A stretch of 63,680 nt of DNA, counting the filler, from Pelomyxa schiedti (Eukaryota > Protista > Evosea), in the NCBI GenBank assembly GCA_020536535.1. It is 6 parts of 6 records of this genome, joined end to end, with 100 filler letters (N's around TTAATTAATTAA, not from the genome) between each part and the next. Parts side by side here need not be neighbours in the genome. Positions count along the whole stretch, not along the records: positions 1 to 29,441 come from JAHLWZ010000516.1; 5 more parts are not named here. One strand, 5' to 3'. Position 1 is the first letter of the stretch, and each line of letters opens with the position of its first letter. Below, piece after piece: positions 1-11,248 of this stretch. Position numbers and translations under genes: made by a program. The notes under the pieces are model-generated. The model searched no databases and was not told the origin of the DNA. It saw nothing but the letters and a program-made list of their open reading frames with translations.

Positions 1-201
1 GTAGATGTAGCATTAGTGGCATGATCGGTAGCGTGGTTGGCCACCTCGCCACCACGTGTGCTGTTGGTCGTGAATATGGGACCAACACGGCCCCGCCCCC
101 CGTTTCCACGTCTGCCCCGCGCTCCACCACAACAGGCCCTTCCCCGATCCATGCCCAGACAACGGATCAAAAAATTTGAAATTGTTTCAAATTTCCTCGT
201 C

Positions 202-640
202 GTCCCATTATTCCGTTCACCGGGCCCCTGATGGGTTTATTAGGGGCATAATGACCCTGTTTTCCGGAGTTTTCAGGTGCTCGAAAGTTCCCAACAAAAC
301 AACAAATTAATTGAAAGAAAACAAAAACTCCCCCCCCGAAGCACCTTCAAAGAAGATGAAACAAAAAAAGGAAAACACAGAGGAAAAGAAGAAGAAAGGT
401 GACCGAAAGGGAAACCAAGCCGCGACTGCAGTGGGGTTCGGATGAACCGGTTGCAGAAAACCCCCACACAAACTCCTGGAGTGGAACCCGGGTTGCGCCC
501 CTCGCGGTGGTTGGGCTGTGGGCAGATCCATTCACGAAGGGGCTCAGCCCCTCATGGACAGAGAATAGCCAGTCCTCTCAGGCCTCTGGCGGTCACCTGA
601 ACCCCCCCACCCTGTGTCTTCCTCAAGGGGACTATTTTTT
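202..640 (-). repeat. ~440-bp dispersed repeat, copy A (inverted relative to 6911-7346)
   Basis: The reverse complement aligns with 6911-7346, sharing e.g. agaggcctgagaggactggctattctct, tggatctgcccacagccca and tgttgggaactttcgagcacc; the spurious ORFs at 273-467/307-531 and 7084-7677/6702-7307 are near-identical. Confidence 0.9.
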
Positions 641-953
641 AGTGTTTTTTTATTTTGGGTCCTGTCACGCCAGCGTTGCACTTTGTACACTCGAGAAGTG
701 TCGTGCACCAACTTTTTCGAGGACAGACAATTCGGAGTGAACCACTCTGGTATATCGCCGACACTGCTATTTCACTGACCCATCATGCTCAGTTGCAAGA
801 TTTGGCTGATAACAGCTGCACGGAATTAAATACAGTGGGGAGGTCTGGGGACTGATTTGCCTTACAAAGTTTCTCCCTTTTTTGTGGTTCTTGTTGTTGA
901 CTATTTTCACTTGTTGTTATGGTTGGAGGGTAAAATTATCAAGTGGTCACATC

Positions 954-1280
954 TCAAGAGGAACTTGTTGATGTTGTGGAAGGCAGCGGAGACACCACGG
1001 GAGTCATAGATCCCACAGTCACAACACTGCTGGAAGGAGGAGATAGAGTGTGGTGTGAGTGTGACTGCGCCGCCGTGGCCTCGGTGGCATCCACAGCCAT
1101 AAGGCTCCTCTCTTGCTCCAGCTGTTTTCGTATCTTGGATTCCTCCTCGGCTCTGAGCTGAAGCCTGCGCTGCTGAAGCTTCAGGGCACGCTGCTTCACC
1201 CGGTCTGTGCGTTCAGTGACTGTGTACATGTCACGTTTTAGCTGCACCAGCTTCTGTTGGTAGACATATGCGGCGCTGAA
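954..1280 (-). CDS. BLOC-1 subunit 6 (pallidin)-like, last exon only; no upstream exons at this site
   Basis: FSAAYVYQQKLVQLKRDMYTVTERTDRVKQRALKLQQRR resembles the pallidin C-terminal coiled coil (KLVNIRKEM...KKRALKLQQKR); splice acceptor just upstream of 1280; 1142-1344 is duplicated at 28901-29103. Confidence 0.7.
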   Translation of the reverse strand, partial: FSAAYVYQQKLVQLKRDMYTVTERTDRVKQRALKLQQRRLQLRAEEESKIRKQLEQERSLMAVDATEATAAQSHSHHTLSPPSSSVVTVGSMTPVVSPLPSTTSTSSS

Positions 1281-1615
1281 CTGTGGTGGTTAGTTGTAGA
1301 GGTGGGACAAAGAGAGAATTTTGCGTGAAGCTAAAGTTATTGTTTGCAATTTTGTCTGGAATACTTCTCAATGCCGTCATAGCGTCTGCTGATGTTCTGA
1401 CGGCAAGGAAACATGCAGAAATTGCAACCGGTGTTGCTGCTGAGAGCTTCGTACTTCTTAAGAACGCGAATATCATTCTCCCACCGAAATGCTACACCAA
1501 ACACTCTCTGATCGTTTGTGGTCAACAAAAGACCTTTTCCAAGAACAGGAGGAAAGTCGGAAGTTCCATGGTTGGAAGTTCGGGTTGTCATACACAAATC
1601 TGTTAATCAACAGCC

Positions 1616-2960
1616 ATGAACATTTCGGCCAGTAGCTCGTCACGTCAACCGCTCACGATTTATCAAATCGACTACATCATTGGATTATCCACTGCTCCGA
1701 TTAACATATTCACAGGTTTGCGTGTCTGTGCAGTTGAGGGGGTATTTTTTTTTTTTTGTTTACAACTGATGACTTTGTTGTTTCATTGTATTTGGCTTTG
1801 TGACTAAGTATGGAGTTCCGCACAGTTGGGATTCTTGTATACACATATTTCTCAGTGGTGTCACGGGGGTTCACCACAAGGATTCCATTGTATCTTGCTA
1901 CAGGGGGAATAGTGAGAGCCCTCAGCCTTATGTCTTGGTTCTCAGCCCTTATTAGAAGGCTTTTCTCTGGGATTGACACTCTGACGGATCCCCTGTGTTG
2001 GACTGTTGGTATTCTCTCTTTTTTTTTTGAAAAGGCCAAGTTTTAACCCGGCTTGACAGAGATTACACAGTTTTGGTCTATAATGACCTGCAGGCATTAA
2101 TCCAATACTTGTTGTGAGGCTCTGAATTGACTTCGTTTTTCTTTCTATATAATTCAGCTGGTGGTTTGTTGGAATGTCACTATTCCTGGTTCTAACAGTG
2201 TACCCGCGGTGGATTCTGGGGCAAAATATATTTTTCACTGAGGGGTCATTCTTTGTTGCATGCTCTGTTGTCCCATTCCCTCTGGCTGTGGTTATAGCTG
2301 TGATCAAGTACTACGCATTTGAACGAGATGGCAACATTTGGAGCTGGTATGCCCTGTGATCGGTTTGTTTTTTATCATGACAATATTATATATAATGATA
2401 TGATTTTTATGTACTTTGTCTCCCACTACCGAATTTCTGTTCCTATGTCTGAGCTATAACGCCAAATCAAATACAGGTGTGAGAGATTTTCAAGGTTTGA
2501 GATGGTGGCACTGTCTCTTCCTGTACCTCTAGGAATCGGTCTGTTACTAGCTGCCTGTATTAAGATATTCACCATCAAGAATTATCGGCTCTCAAATCAG
2601 CCTGATAACAAAAAGCAATTGCTGAAAGCTCAAATGAAACTGTTCAGGCAACTCGCTGCATTTCCCATTGCGTATGCCATGCTGTTGACCATTCAGCTGA
2701 TTTGGGGCTACAATCAAGCATTCAATTCCACCACCACAACAGCATCACCATATCTATTTGGTGTTGACATTGTTCTCATAACTCTAGCACCCCTTGTCAT
2801 TTCCATTCTGTATGCAATGACATATCGCCACAGAGTCAAGGACACGACAATGGCCATAATGCAGAAAATAGGTGGTTGTTTGAAAAAACGACACACCAAT
2901 GAGACAGAATTATCTACCAGTGTGAAGTCTTATGAGATCAGCACTGAAACACAAGAATAG
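1616..2960 (+). CDS. cAMP-receptor-like (CAR/Crl family) 7-TM GPCR, multi-exon
   Basis: N-terminal NIS sequon, successive hydrophobic helices, Cys before TM3 (DPLCW..QF..W), KLFRQLAAFPIAY in TM6; short introns join ORFs 1616, 1810, 2174 and 2502. Confidence 0.7.
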
Positions 2961-3038
2961 GAGTACAAAACGTAAAAAAAACCAATGTAAAGCAATATTT
3001 TAAATGCTACTTATAAAAGTTTTACAAAAAAACTATGG

Positions 3039-4274
3039 TTACTGCTTTGTCAACCAAATTCCTATTGCCAATCTTCCACCTGAAAAACCGAAACGGAATA
3101 AATTAAAAAGAAAAACAAGAAGGAACCAAACCTGTTGTGAAAACCTCATTGTGGAAGTACCCATCTGTTTGAAGCTGAGGCTGCAACACTTTGAGAGGTA
3201 CACTTGAAGCAGTCCCATCTAGTGAAAAGGCAGAGAATGATTGTTCGCCAGTGAAGGAATCGTCAATTGCTCTCTTCTCAGTCGTTAGTGTCCGCATTCA
3301 AAGGGAATTGCTTACTTTTAGTTCTTCCACTGTCAACCATGCCGCACTGTCTACCTCACCCACAGAAAACTTGAGGGGTTGTTCTCCTATTTACAATTAA
3401 GTTGGATGGCTAGGCACAGAATATAAGCGACCTTCTATTTCTGCAGAAAAGTAGAATACAATATGATGTGCTTTGGGAGCGCCTTCAATAATTTTTGGTG
3501 GGTAAACAGATTCATAGAGGCAAAGTGGAGTAATTGACGAGGGTGTCAAAGTAAGGCCAGTCTCTACAATGGAATTAATTCCCTGAAAAAAGGGGGAGGA
3601 GTCGCCTTCAAAAGTTTCACGTGCAACGGCAGTTTCCAAGGTCTCTCCATTATCTATTGTGAGTTAGTGTGAAAACGGAGCATGCAAAGCCTACAACCTA
3701 CATGCCCACCAGGTAGTACCCAACACCCAGGAAAAATCCTCATAGTACCTTTTTTTAGATTTGTGTAAGTAAAAAAATTAAAAAAACAAAAAAATAATAG
3801 CTGAACAAAATAAACCCAAACATCCAATAGGCTTAAAAATAAAACACAGTTACGAAACTCAGTCGGCGAGTGATTAGGACCTGCTGGCCATGTGTAGGAT
3901 GTTTCCGTATAATTATGACTGACACGGCTATACCAACATAAGGAGGTGTGTGCATAGATGCCTCCAATTCTTCCATTGGGCATCGCGGTGCGTGAATAAA
4001 TGGGATGTCTCGTGCTCTGTAATAATTACGAAAAGATAAGATGCGCTAAGCTTTTTCTTGCGTGTTGTTACACGATAGAAAGAGAGAAAGAAAGCACGAC
4101 GCACGGGTGTGGGCCAGTGCCTTTGGGTGCAATCCTAAGGCAGTCGCTGTCGAACCCCCAGGAACACATCGTGTCATCTGCACCAAGCACCTTCCTTACC
4201 AGGCAAGCATCCCCCTCGTGCCCCTCCCTCGGTCGTAGGTCCAGCGCCACCCTCGTGCTGTTGCGCAACAACAT
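3039..4274 (-). CDS. Nudix hydrolase, NUDT17-like, multi-exon
   Basis: Spliced Nudix box WVLPGGHV-DNGETLETAVARETFE-ETGL and LCLYESVYPP...PKAHHIVFY, typical of NUDT17. Confidence 0.8.
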
Positions 4275-5377
4275 CTGATGACCTCAATGAAACGAAAGGT
4301 TGGTTTTCTAGGAAATGTGACTTGAAATCAGCGAAGGTTCAGCAAATGTGTCACGGCCATGAAATAATTCAGAGTTGTTTGTAACACACATGCACGATAC
4401 TTGACAAAGTAGGGTGCCTCAACTTTTGTGTGGTGTGAACTTGGCTAAGTCGTACAGCATTTTGTTATTAATATCGGCCAGCTCTTGTATCAGTTTGTTG
4501 AGCGCGTCTACGTTGCTGTGCACTGACTCTGTGAAACTGGGGATGACTGTTAAAGTTGCTACTGATGGCAATCAACCTTTGCATCGTCACGGCATCAGAG
4601 TTCTTTTTTGGCACTGTATTTGGCACCGCAGCTCTGGGATTTGTCTCACCTAGATTAAGCGTCTATAACGTGTGTTACTATCTGAGACCATACCTTTTGG
4701 AGTGTCACACTTTAGTTCAACCATCATGGTGGGGAGCTTTGGGCCCATGGATACCGAGCGCTTATTTGCCTTTGTGTGGTCTCCAGTGTCCAAAGATGCC
4801 GATCTGGAGTGATTGACACAAGAACGAACCACTGTGGATCTCCCGCGGCCTGGATTCCTTGCTCCCTGAGCCAGCCGCGAGATCTTGACAGATGATGGAC
4901 ATATATACTCGGCATCATGTGGTCGCTTTGCCTCAAGAGATCTTTCTGTGTGTACCTCTTGCATCTTGACAGAGATCTTTCCCTTCTTTTTTTCTTTTGT
5001 TCAATGAATACCACAACAGGGGAAGTGTGCCCCATAAATACAAAGTGCCAGGTAACTCGTGCCATGCCAATCACGTAGATAGAAGAACTTAATTTTGGTG
5101 GCGGGCCCATAATTCAGCGCACGCGGAAAATCCATTTATTAACTGAGCAGAGTGGGGTCTTGTTTTCGTCCTCTGGGGGGTGGCAATGGTGCTCCAATGT
5201 GAACGCGGTTCATCGAAATAACTATCATGCAGAGATAATACCCTCATCAATCCATCGTTGGTGCGCCTCGCCTATCACGCGAGGTTGCACCCGCCTTTCC
5301 TACCCGGAAGCAGACTGGGCCAGGAGAGGTAAACCCCGCGTTACTCCACTCACCAACTCCTCAAGGATTTACTTTTT

Positions 5378-5410
<33 letters not shown>

Positions 5411-5535
5411 TGAGTTGGAAACTTGAAAACACACAGGTCAGTTGCTCTCTCTTCTCTATCCATAACTCCTTATTCTTTTGTTTTTTTTTTGTTTACAAAA
5501 CGCAAAAAGGGAAGAAGCACAGGTTCCTGTAGTAA

Positions 5536-6619
5536 TCAACTCCTCAGAAGTCGTCTTATCTCGTCGTCAGCCAACATAAGAGGGGTGGTGTTATCAGAAT
5601 CTGGTTCGTTTGGCGAAGCACCAGCAGCCACGAGTCTCATTGCAATGTCCTTGTGTCTCATGGAAACTGCAACGTGAAGGGGTGTCTCGCCGTTCTGATT
5701 CTTGCTATCTACATTAATCCCTATTTGTGTTTTGGTTAATGGTTTGGATTTTGGTTATTGGTTGATTGCTTGGGTTTGAGAGTACTGTGAGGGGAGGGCA
5801 AAGCATACCTCGGCACGAAAGGAGCAAATCCACAACGGCTAAATGACCACTGCTGGAAGCTCTGTGAAGTGAAGTGTTTCCATAACGGTCTCTGATGGAT
5901 GGCTTTGCTCCAGCAGCGAGAAGTTTTTGAACTATCTCTACGTGGCCTGCAAACGAGAGCCTCTTAGTTACATGATTAAACCTTTAGGAAGCCCACCCTT
6001 GCTGCAGGCGTATTGAAGAGCAGTATTTCCTTGGTTGTTTGGAGTGTTTACGCCAATATCCCTGCAAAAAAGGATTAGATAAAACAAGAAGTTTGCAATT
6101 GTATATGCAGCAGTGCTATTCCAAAATTGAGCACAACATACGGCACTCTCAGCAACATCTGCACAATTGGTACGTGCCCGGCACTGCTTGCAGACATAAG
6201 GGGTGTCCAGCCAGCACCGTCGACCGGTTGTGTGTCAGCACCCAGCTCCATCAGTCGCGATGCCATCGCAACATCGCCTCGGGAACAGCCCCAATGAAAT
6301 GCAGTGCGCTTGTCAGAGTCTTTTTTTGTTCGTTAGTTTGTTGGCTTGTTGCATTAGTGTTTGTTTGGAGAGAGGATTATTGTATTATGTTGGAAAGGGC
6401 GTGGGATCGAGCGTCGAAGAAAGAGCTAGTTATGGGACATGGCACAACAAAGCGCGCACCAGGTTGGTCCACAGTGACCTGCCTGGAAGTGATCATGGCA
6501 GAAACTCTCTCCACATTTCCAGATTGGACGGCATCAAAGAATTCCTTGACAACCCCTGACGTGGCATCAGCCCCGCCGAGTAGAGACGCCGTCGACTTCG
6601 TGGATGACGCGGCTGCCAT
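5536..6619 (-). CDS. Ankyrin-repeat protein, gankyrin/PSMD10 (Nas6)-like
   Basis: Ankyrin repeats RTALHWGCSRG, DGAGWTPLMSASSAGH, GNTALQYACSK, YGNTSLHRASSSGH, GETPLHVA in the order seen in PSMD10. Confidence 0.75.
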
Positions 6620-6910
6620 TGTGCTTTGTGATTCTAATCGATAATCCAAGAAAAGGAAATCTCTTGCACTGTTTTCAAGCTGTCATCTCAGGGATATTTC
6701 CTTGGTCTACGAGGATCATCGAAGCCCAAAACCTTGCAACAATGATGCATTTCACTTTGAGTTGAACCTGGCACCCGGCTGTTGCACTCTCCTGGCCTTT
6801 TGGGCCGAGGAATTGGCGAGGCTAGACCAAATACCGCAAGCCAATCACTACCCAAACATCACCACACTTCTTTTTCTGATGTCACAAGGAATTTACCCAA
6901 AGACCGAACA

Positions 6911-7346
6911 AAAAAAAAAGTCCCCTTCTGGAATACACAGGACCAGGGGGGTAAGTCACCGTCAGAGGCCTGAGAGGACTGGCTATTCTCTTTCCCCAGA
7001 GGAGTTTATCCCTCCGAAAATGGATCTGCCCACAGCCCACCCACCGCGAGGGGCGCCACCCGGTTTCCACTCCAGAAGTTTGTGTGGGGGTTTTCTGCAA
7101 CCGATTCATCCGAACCCCGCTGCAGTCGCGGCTTGGTTTCCCTTTCGGTCACCTTTCTTCTTCTTTTCCTCTGTGTTTTCCTTTTTTTGTTTCATCTTCT
7201 TTGGAGGTGCTGAGGGGGGGGAGTTTTTGTTTCATTCAATTAATTTTTTTTGTTGGGAACTTTCGAGCACCTTACAACTCCCAGAAATCTTCCTCTGCAG
7301 TGACTAATAAACCCATCCCCGGCCCGGTAAACCGAATAATGGGACA
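6911..7346 (+). repeat. ~440-bp dispersed repeat, copy B
   Basis: Inverted, diverged copy of 202-640. Confidence 0.9.
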
Positions 7347-7830
7347 AGGCAACACAATTTGTTACCCTTATCTGTACCTGGGGCGTTGTGGGCGAACCAA
7401 TACCTGCGGCACCCACGTGGGCATGTTTGCATGTGGTCTTGTTTCGACCCCCTTGGGGCTGGGTCTGCCCAAGTGTGCGTGTTGTGTCATCGGCCTGAAA
7501 CTCCGCGTTTGGGGCTTTGCTTTTCCACCACCAAGGTGGTTCGGGTGCGTTGTGTGGCCTCTGCAACCACGCTCCATTCCAGGCAGCCACAACAGAGTGA
7601 GAATGGCCCCAGCAAAGCCATCACATCCCAATACACAACCTGTGCAGCTTTTGCCCGGCGGACGGTTTCGTTGCTGAGTGTTGGTGCATTTGCCCCAGGG
7701 TTATGCAACTGTCTCAGCATGGGCCACACGCAGATAATCACAGGCAGGTTCCCAGTGCAGAAAGCCAAAGCCCACAGTATGTATGTAAGTATGGGCGGCA
7801 AGCCTGCAGCTTCTTCTTTCTTTCCATCCA

Positions 7831-7953
7831 TGAGTAAATAATTCAATTTTCTGGTACAGATTTGACAGTTCCCCTTTAAAAAAAAATTCGAAAATAAATC
7901 AGTTTTAATTTTTTTTCCCCCCGTTGTAACCAGAAAATTGAATTATTTACTCA
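7831..7953. mobile_element. 123-bp foldback/MITE-like element with 25-bp perfect terminal inverted repeats
   Basis: tgagtaaataattcaattttctggt (7831-7855) and accagaaaattgaattatttactca (7929-7953) are exact reverse complements around an AT-rich interior; no clear TSD. Confidence 0.55.
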
Positions 7954-8233
7954 ATTGTTCCTCCCGTTGGTTCTCGCTGTAGCTTTAGAACTGCTATTCT
8001 AACCGACAGATACTCGTATCTGCTAAACAGAAACTCAAACGAGAGATGTACACTCTCAAATGTCCTGGGACAATTGCCAGCACAATATACTGCGTGTTCT
8101 GGGTCACTGTCTCAGATTGAGGATTATGAATCATTAACATCTCTTCAGTTGCGCTCAATCTCATCGCTTTCGTGACAGGTGAGGAGGTGAGGTGGTGATT
8201 GGCCTTGGTCTCACAATATCTGCTACGACACAG

Positions 8234-9244
8234 ATGACATTCCTGCACTTTGTTGATTGCGCGGCGTTGCTGATTGCACCCGCTTTCGTCATCTACTACG
8301 CCACCGCATTGTATATTTTTTTTTTATTATTTATTAGACTCTGCAACACAGTGTCTGTCTTATCTTGTTGACCAAGGGTTTTTTTTTTTTTTTTTTTTTT
8401 TTTTGAATCAGGGGAGAGGAGAGGGCTGTTGTGCCTTGCTTCTACGGGGTTTTGGGATATGGTGGCACGCAATTAATTAAAGTGTTCCTTTTCTCTCTTT
8501 GTTTTGAATCCAACAACAAAAATCAGATGGTTGTACTCGCAACGTTCATGCCGAGTGTATCTGCCTTCCTTTCTTTCAACGTTTTTCAGGTTAGTTTCCA
8601 GTAACCCAATAAGGTTTTACCCTCACACCCATAAAAAGGAGGTGCTCAAAGTAGTTATATCGTGGTTAGACTTATGTCTAATGGGAGTTGTCCTGTCTAA
8701 TGTTCCAGGGTTAGATTGTCCTTTTCCTGTCTTCTCTCGACACTTATAGTCACGGCAGAAAACACAAGGAATTACGAGTTCTGGGTGTTGGACTTGGATG
8801 GGGTGCTGCTGAGGCCATTGTACTTAGAATTGTGCCTCTATGGATGCGCGCCCGCGCTCCTGAGTGGGATTGGTCCCATTTGTGCTCTGTTCTTGAAGCA
8901 AATTCCAACCTTGTAAGCAACAGTGTAGTTGTTATCACTCTGTAATATCTTGAAGCTTCAAGCTATATGCTTTGCCCAATTGGTTGCAAGATACCAATTG
9001 ATACCCAAGCTGAAGACCGAGAAAGACTCCCGGAAGGAGATTCTCATTGTGATAGCAATTTACACTCTGGTATCTGGTGTTGGAGAAAGGTATCACAAAT
9101 TTACAAACAATTTTCAGCACTCACCACATCCCAAGTTTCTTAAGATTGGCTCTTGGATTGGGCCCCTTCCCCTGCCTATTATTCCATGTTGCTTGTGTTG
9201 GTGCCCTCTGGTACCGTGTCAGACAGACAAAAATGAAAATTTAA
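8234..9244 (+). CDS. TMEM147: Transmembrane protein 147 (BOS complex subunit), multi-exon; missed by the ORF track
   Basis: Exon 1 MTFLHFVDCAALLIAPAFVIYYA and internal exon LRVLGVGLGWGAAEAIVLRIVPLWMRARAPEWDWSHL match TMEM147 motifs ([36 protein letters not shown]). Confidence 0.85.
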
Positions 9245-9307
9245 GGAACAAAACAAATTTTTGTTTCATTTTTCTTCGGCCGTTTTAAGAGGGCAATCCC
9301 CCACTTG

Positions 9308-10833
9308 TTACCAAGTGAGGAGGGTTTCATCAAAACCCACTTGATCATACAAATCCATGAGAGCAGACTGCATGGATTGCACCAACATTTGTGCTTGGGT
9401 CTCATCCTGCATATAGTTGTGGGGTCCCTCAAACCTTTTTTGTTGCTATGAGGAAATGAGTTATGGGTGATTAAGAACATACACAGTGGGGCCAATTAGT
9501 TGCTGATTGGAATGTTTTTGCCATGCTTCCATGTTGGCAAGGCTAAGAGTGTGGTCCGACTTACCGAGAAAAGTAAAAATGGGACAGTCAAAGGGTGTGG
9601 TCTCGTCATCCTGGTATTGGAAATTCTCATACGCAACGAAGTCAGCTTTCACAACTGCAAATCAGCACAACGCTTTGTCACTGTTTTTGTTTCCCACAAA
9701 TTCATTGGGAGAAAGTAAGAGCCATACCTTTCATTAGGGCAGGAACGGAATCGGGCTTTTCATTAATGAGTTTGCGTACATTATTGTCTTCGTACTTGGT
9801 GGCCAGTGCTGTTGCAAATTGCTATTTTACCAGTTCATGAATGACTTTTAAAGGAGTAAAGTGGCACACCATCGGGTCCTCAATCGTGCATAGCCTTCGT
9901 GCTGGGTTTTTTGGATCCTTTAGGTGGGCAGCCTTTCTACCACTTAGGAACATTGCCAACGGCTCAGCAATGTCAGGTTCAATCCGCTTCATTTGTCTAC
10001 ACACTTCAAAGCCCAGTAGGGCTCCCATACTTTGACCAAAGATAGCATACGGTCTGTCAATAATTTTGACAAGAAGACTCGCAACACCCTGTTTGGGGAG
10101 GCCATTAGAAACTAAAAGGGTAAACATAAAGCAGATTGGATAATAACCTTTACAATATCATCAAAGTTAGTGATCAATGTTTCATCATACCTCGAGAAGT
10201 GTCCAGGGAGCTCAAGTGCACAAACTCTAATACTGGAATTGAACCACGTGTCCCATTTCCTGTAATCTGCAAGCCACCTTAACCAACATCATAATAGTAA
10301 TAACAGTAACAACAACAACAATAATAAAAAGGCATTCACCAAAAAATACAACAGCAACAGAAACAGCAACAGCAACAACACCCCCAAAACATGGCACAAC
10401 AGCACAGCCACGCACCCGAGGCATTGCCCCCGGCACAGTGGAAGCAAAACAGCAGAACCTGAGGGAGGCTCTTGCCCGCCCCCCCCGCGTCCCCCAGCCT
10501 CGCCACCCACGGCGCCCGGGGCTCCAGCGTCCCAGGGTACGCCGTGCCATTCCCCGACACCCTGGGCCTTGCTTTGCCCCCGGCCCCCTCCGTACTCTTC
10601 TTCTCGTCGCCCTGCTGCTGCGTGTCCGCGCCACTGTTGCTGCCGGTTGAGGTCGCGCTGGTGTTGGTGGTTGGGATGCATGCTGCGGGGTCGTGGGTCG
10701 TGCTGGAAGGAGGGGCAGTTGGTTTGGTGGTGGTTGTGGTGTCGGGTGTGGGGTGTTGTTCCTCTGGAGGTGGAGCACTTTGAGCAACCCTTGCTCTCTT
10801 CGGGCCGTGCGGTTGCTGCACGGTATCACTCAT
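9308..10833 (-). CDS. Type II thioesterase (GrsT/TesA/OLAH-like alpha/beta hydrolase) with low-complexity N-terminus
   Basis: LFCFHCAGGNAS, ELPGHFSR, PYAIFGQSMGALLGFEV (nucleophile elbow), MFLSGRKA, KADFVAYE, PIFTFLGKSD, FEGPHNY. Confidence 0.85.
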
Positions 10834-11248
10834 GGAGGAAAAGTGTGCAAAAAGAAATTTCCTCTTCCCATTATTCAGGGCACCGTTGTTGAAAAAAAAT
10901 TCAACAAAATAAGCACTGAGAAAAAACGAAAACGAAGACAAAGGAAAAGAAAGGGGCGGGAAGGCATGCAAACTGTGATGCTGTATTTCACACAAACTTC
11001 TGGAGTGGTGCCTTCATGGGGGAGGGTGCGGACAGACCCAACATTGGGGGGCTTGCCCCGCTTGGCAGTGGACAGTCGGCCCTCCCACTTGACTTCTGAC
11101 TCTCCCTTGCTCTACTTTGTGAATTCTTTTTTGTTTTTTTGAAACTATCACAGTGATTGTTCCGTTTTAATTATTTCACAAGTTGTGGTTATATGAAGGG
11201 ATGCTGTCAAGTTCAATTGCCGTCACTGTTGCTCCCCCAATTCTACAA

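Noticed and set aside
7305-7346. HDV-like ribozyme suggested by ...gaataatgggac
   Set aside because: I could not build the nested double pseudoknot; only a simple hairpin is evident
6702-7677. ~200-aa ORFs across the dispersed repeat
   Set aside because: Frames are not conserved between the two copies and the products are compositionally biased with no motifs
11001-11110. GC-rich intergenic segment with gggaggg/ccctccc stem, as tRNA or vault RNA
   Set aside because: No box A/B or TpsiC motif; stems are short and could be chance or promoter sequence
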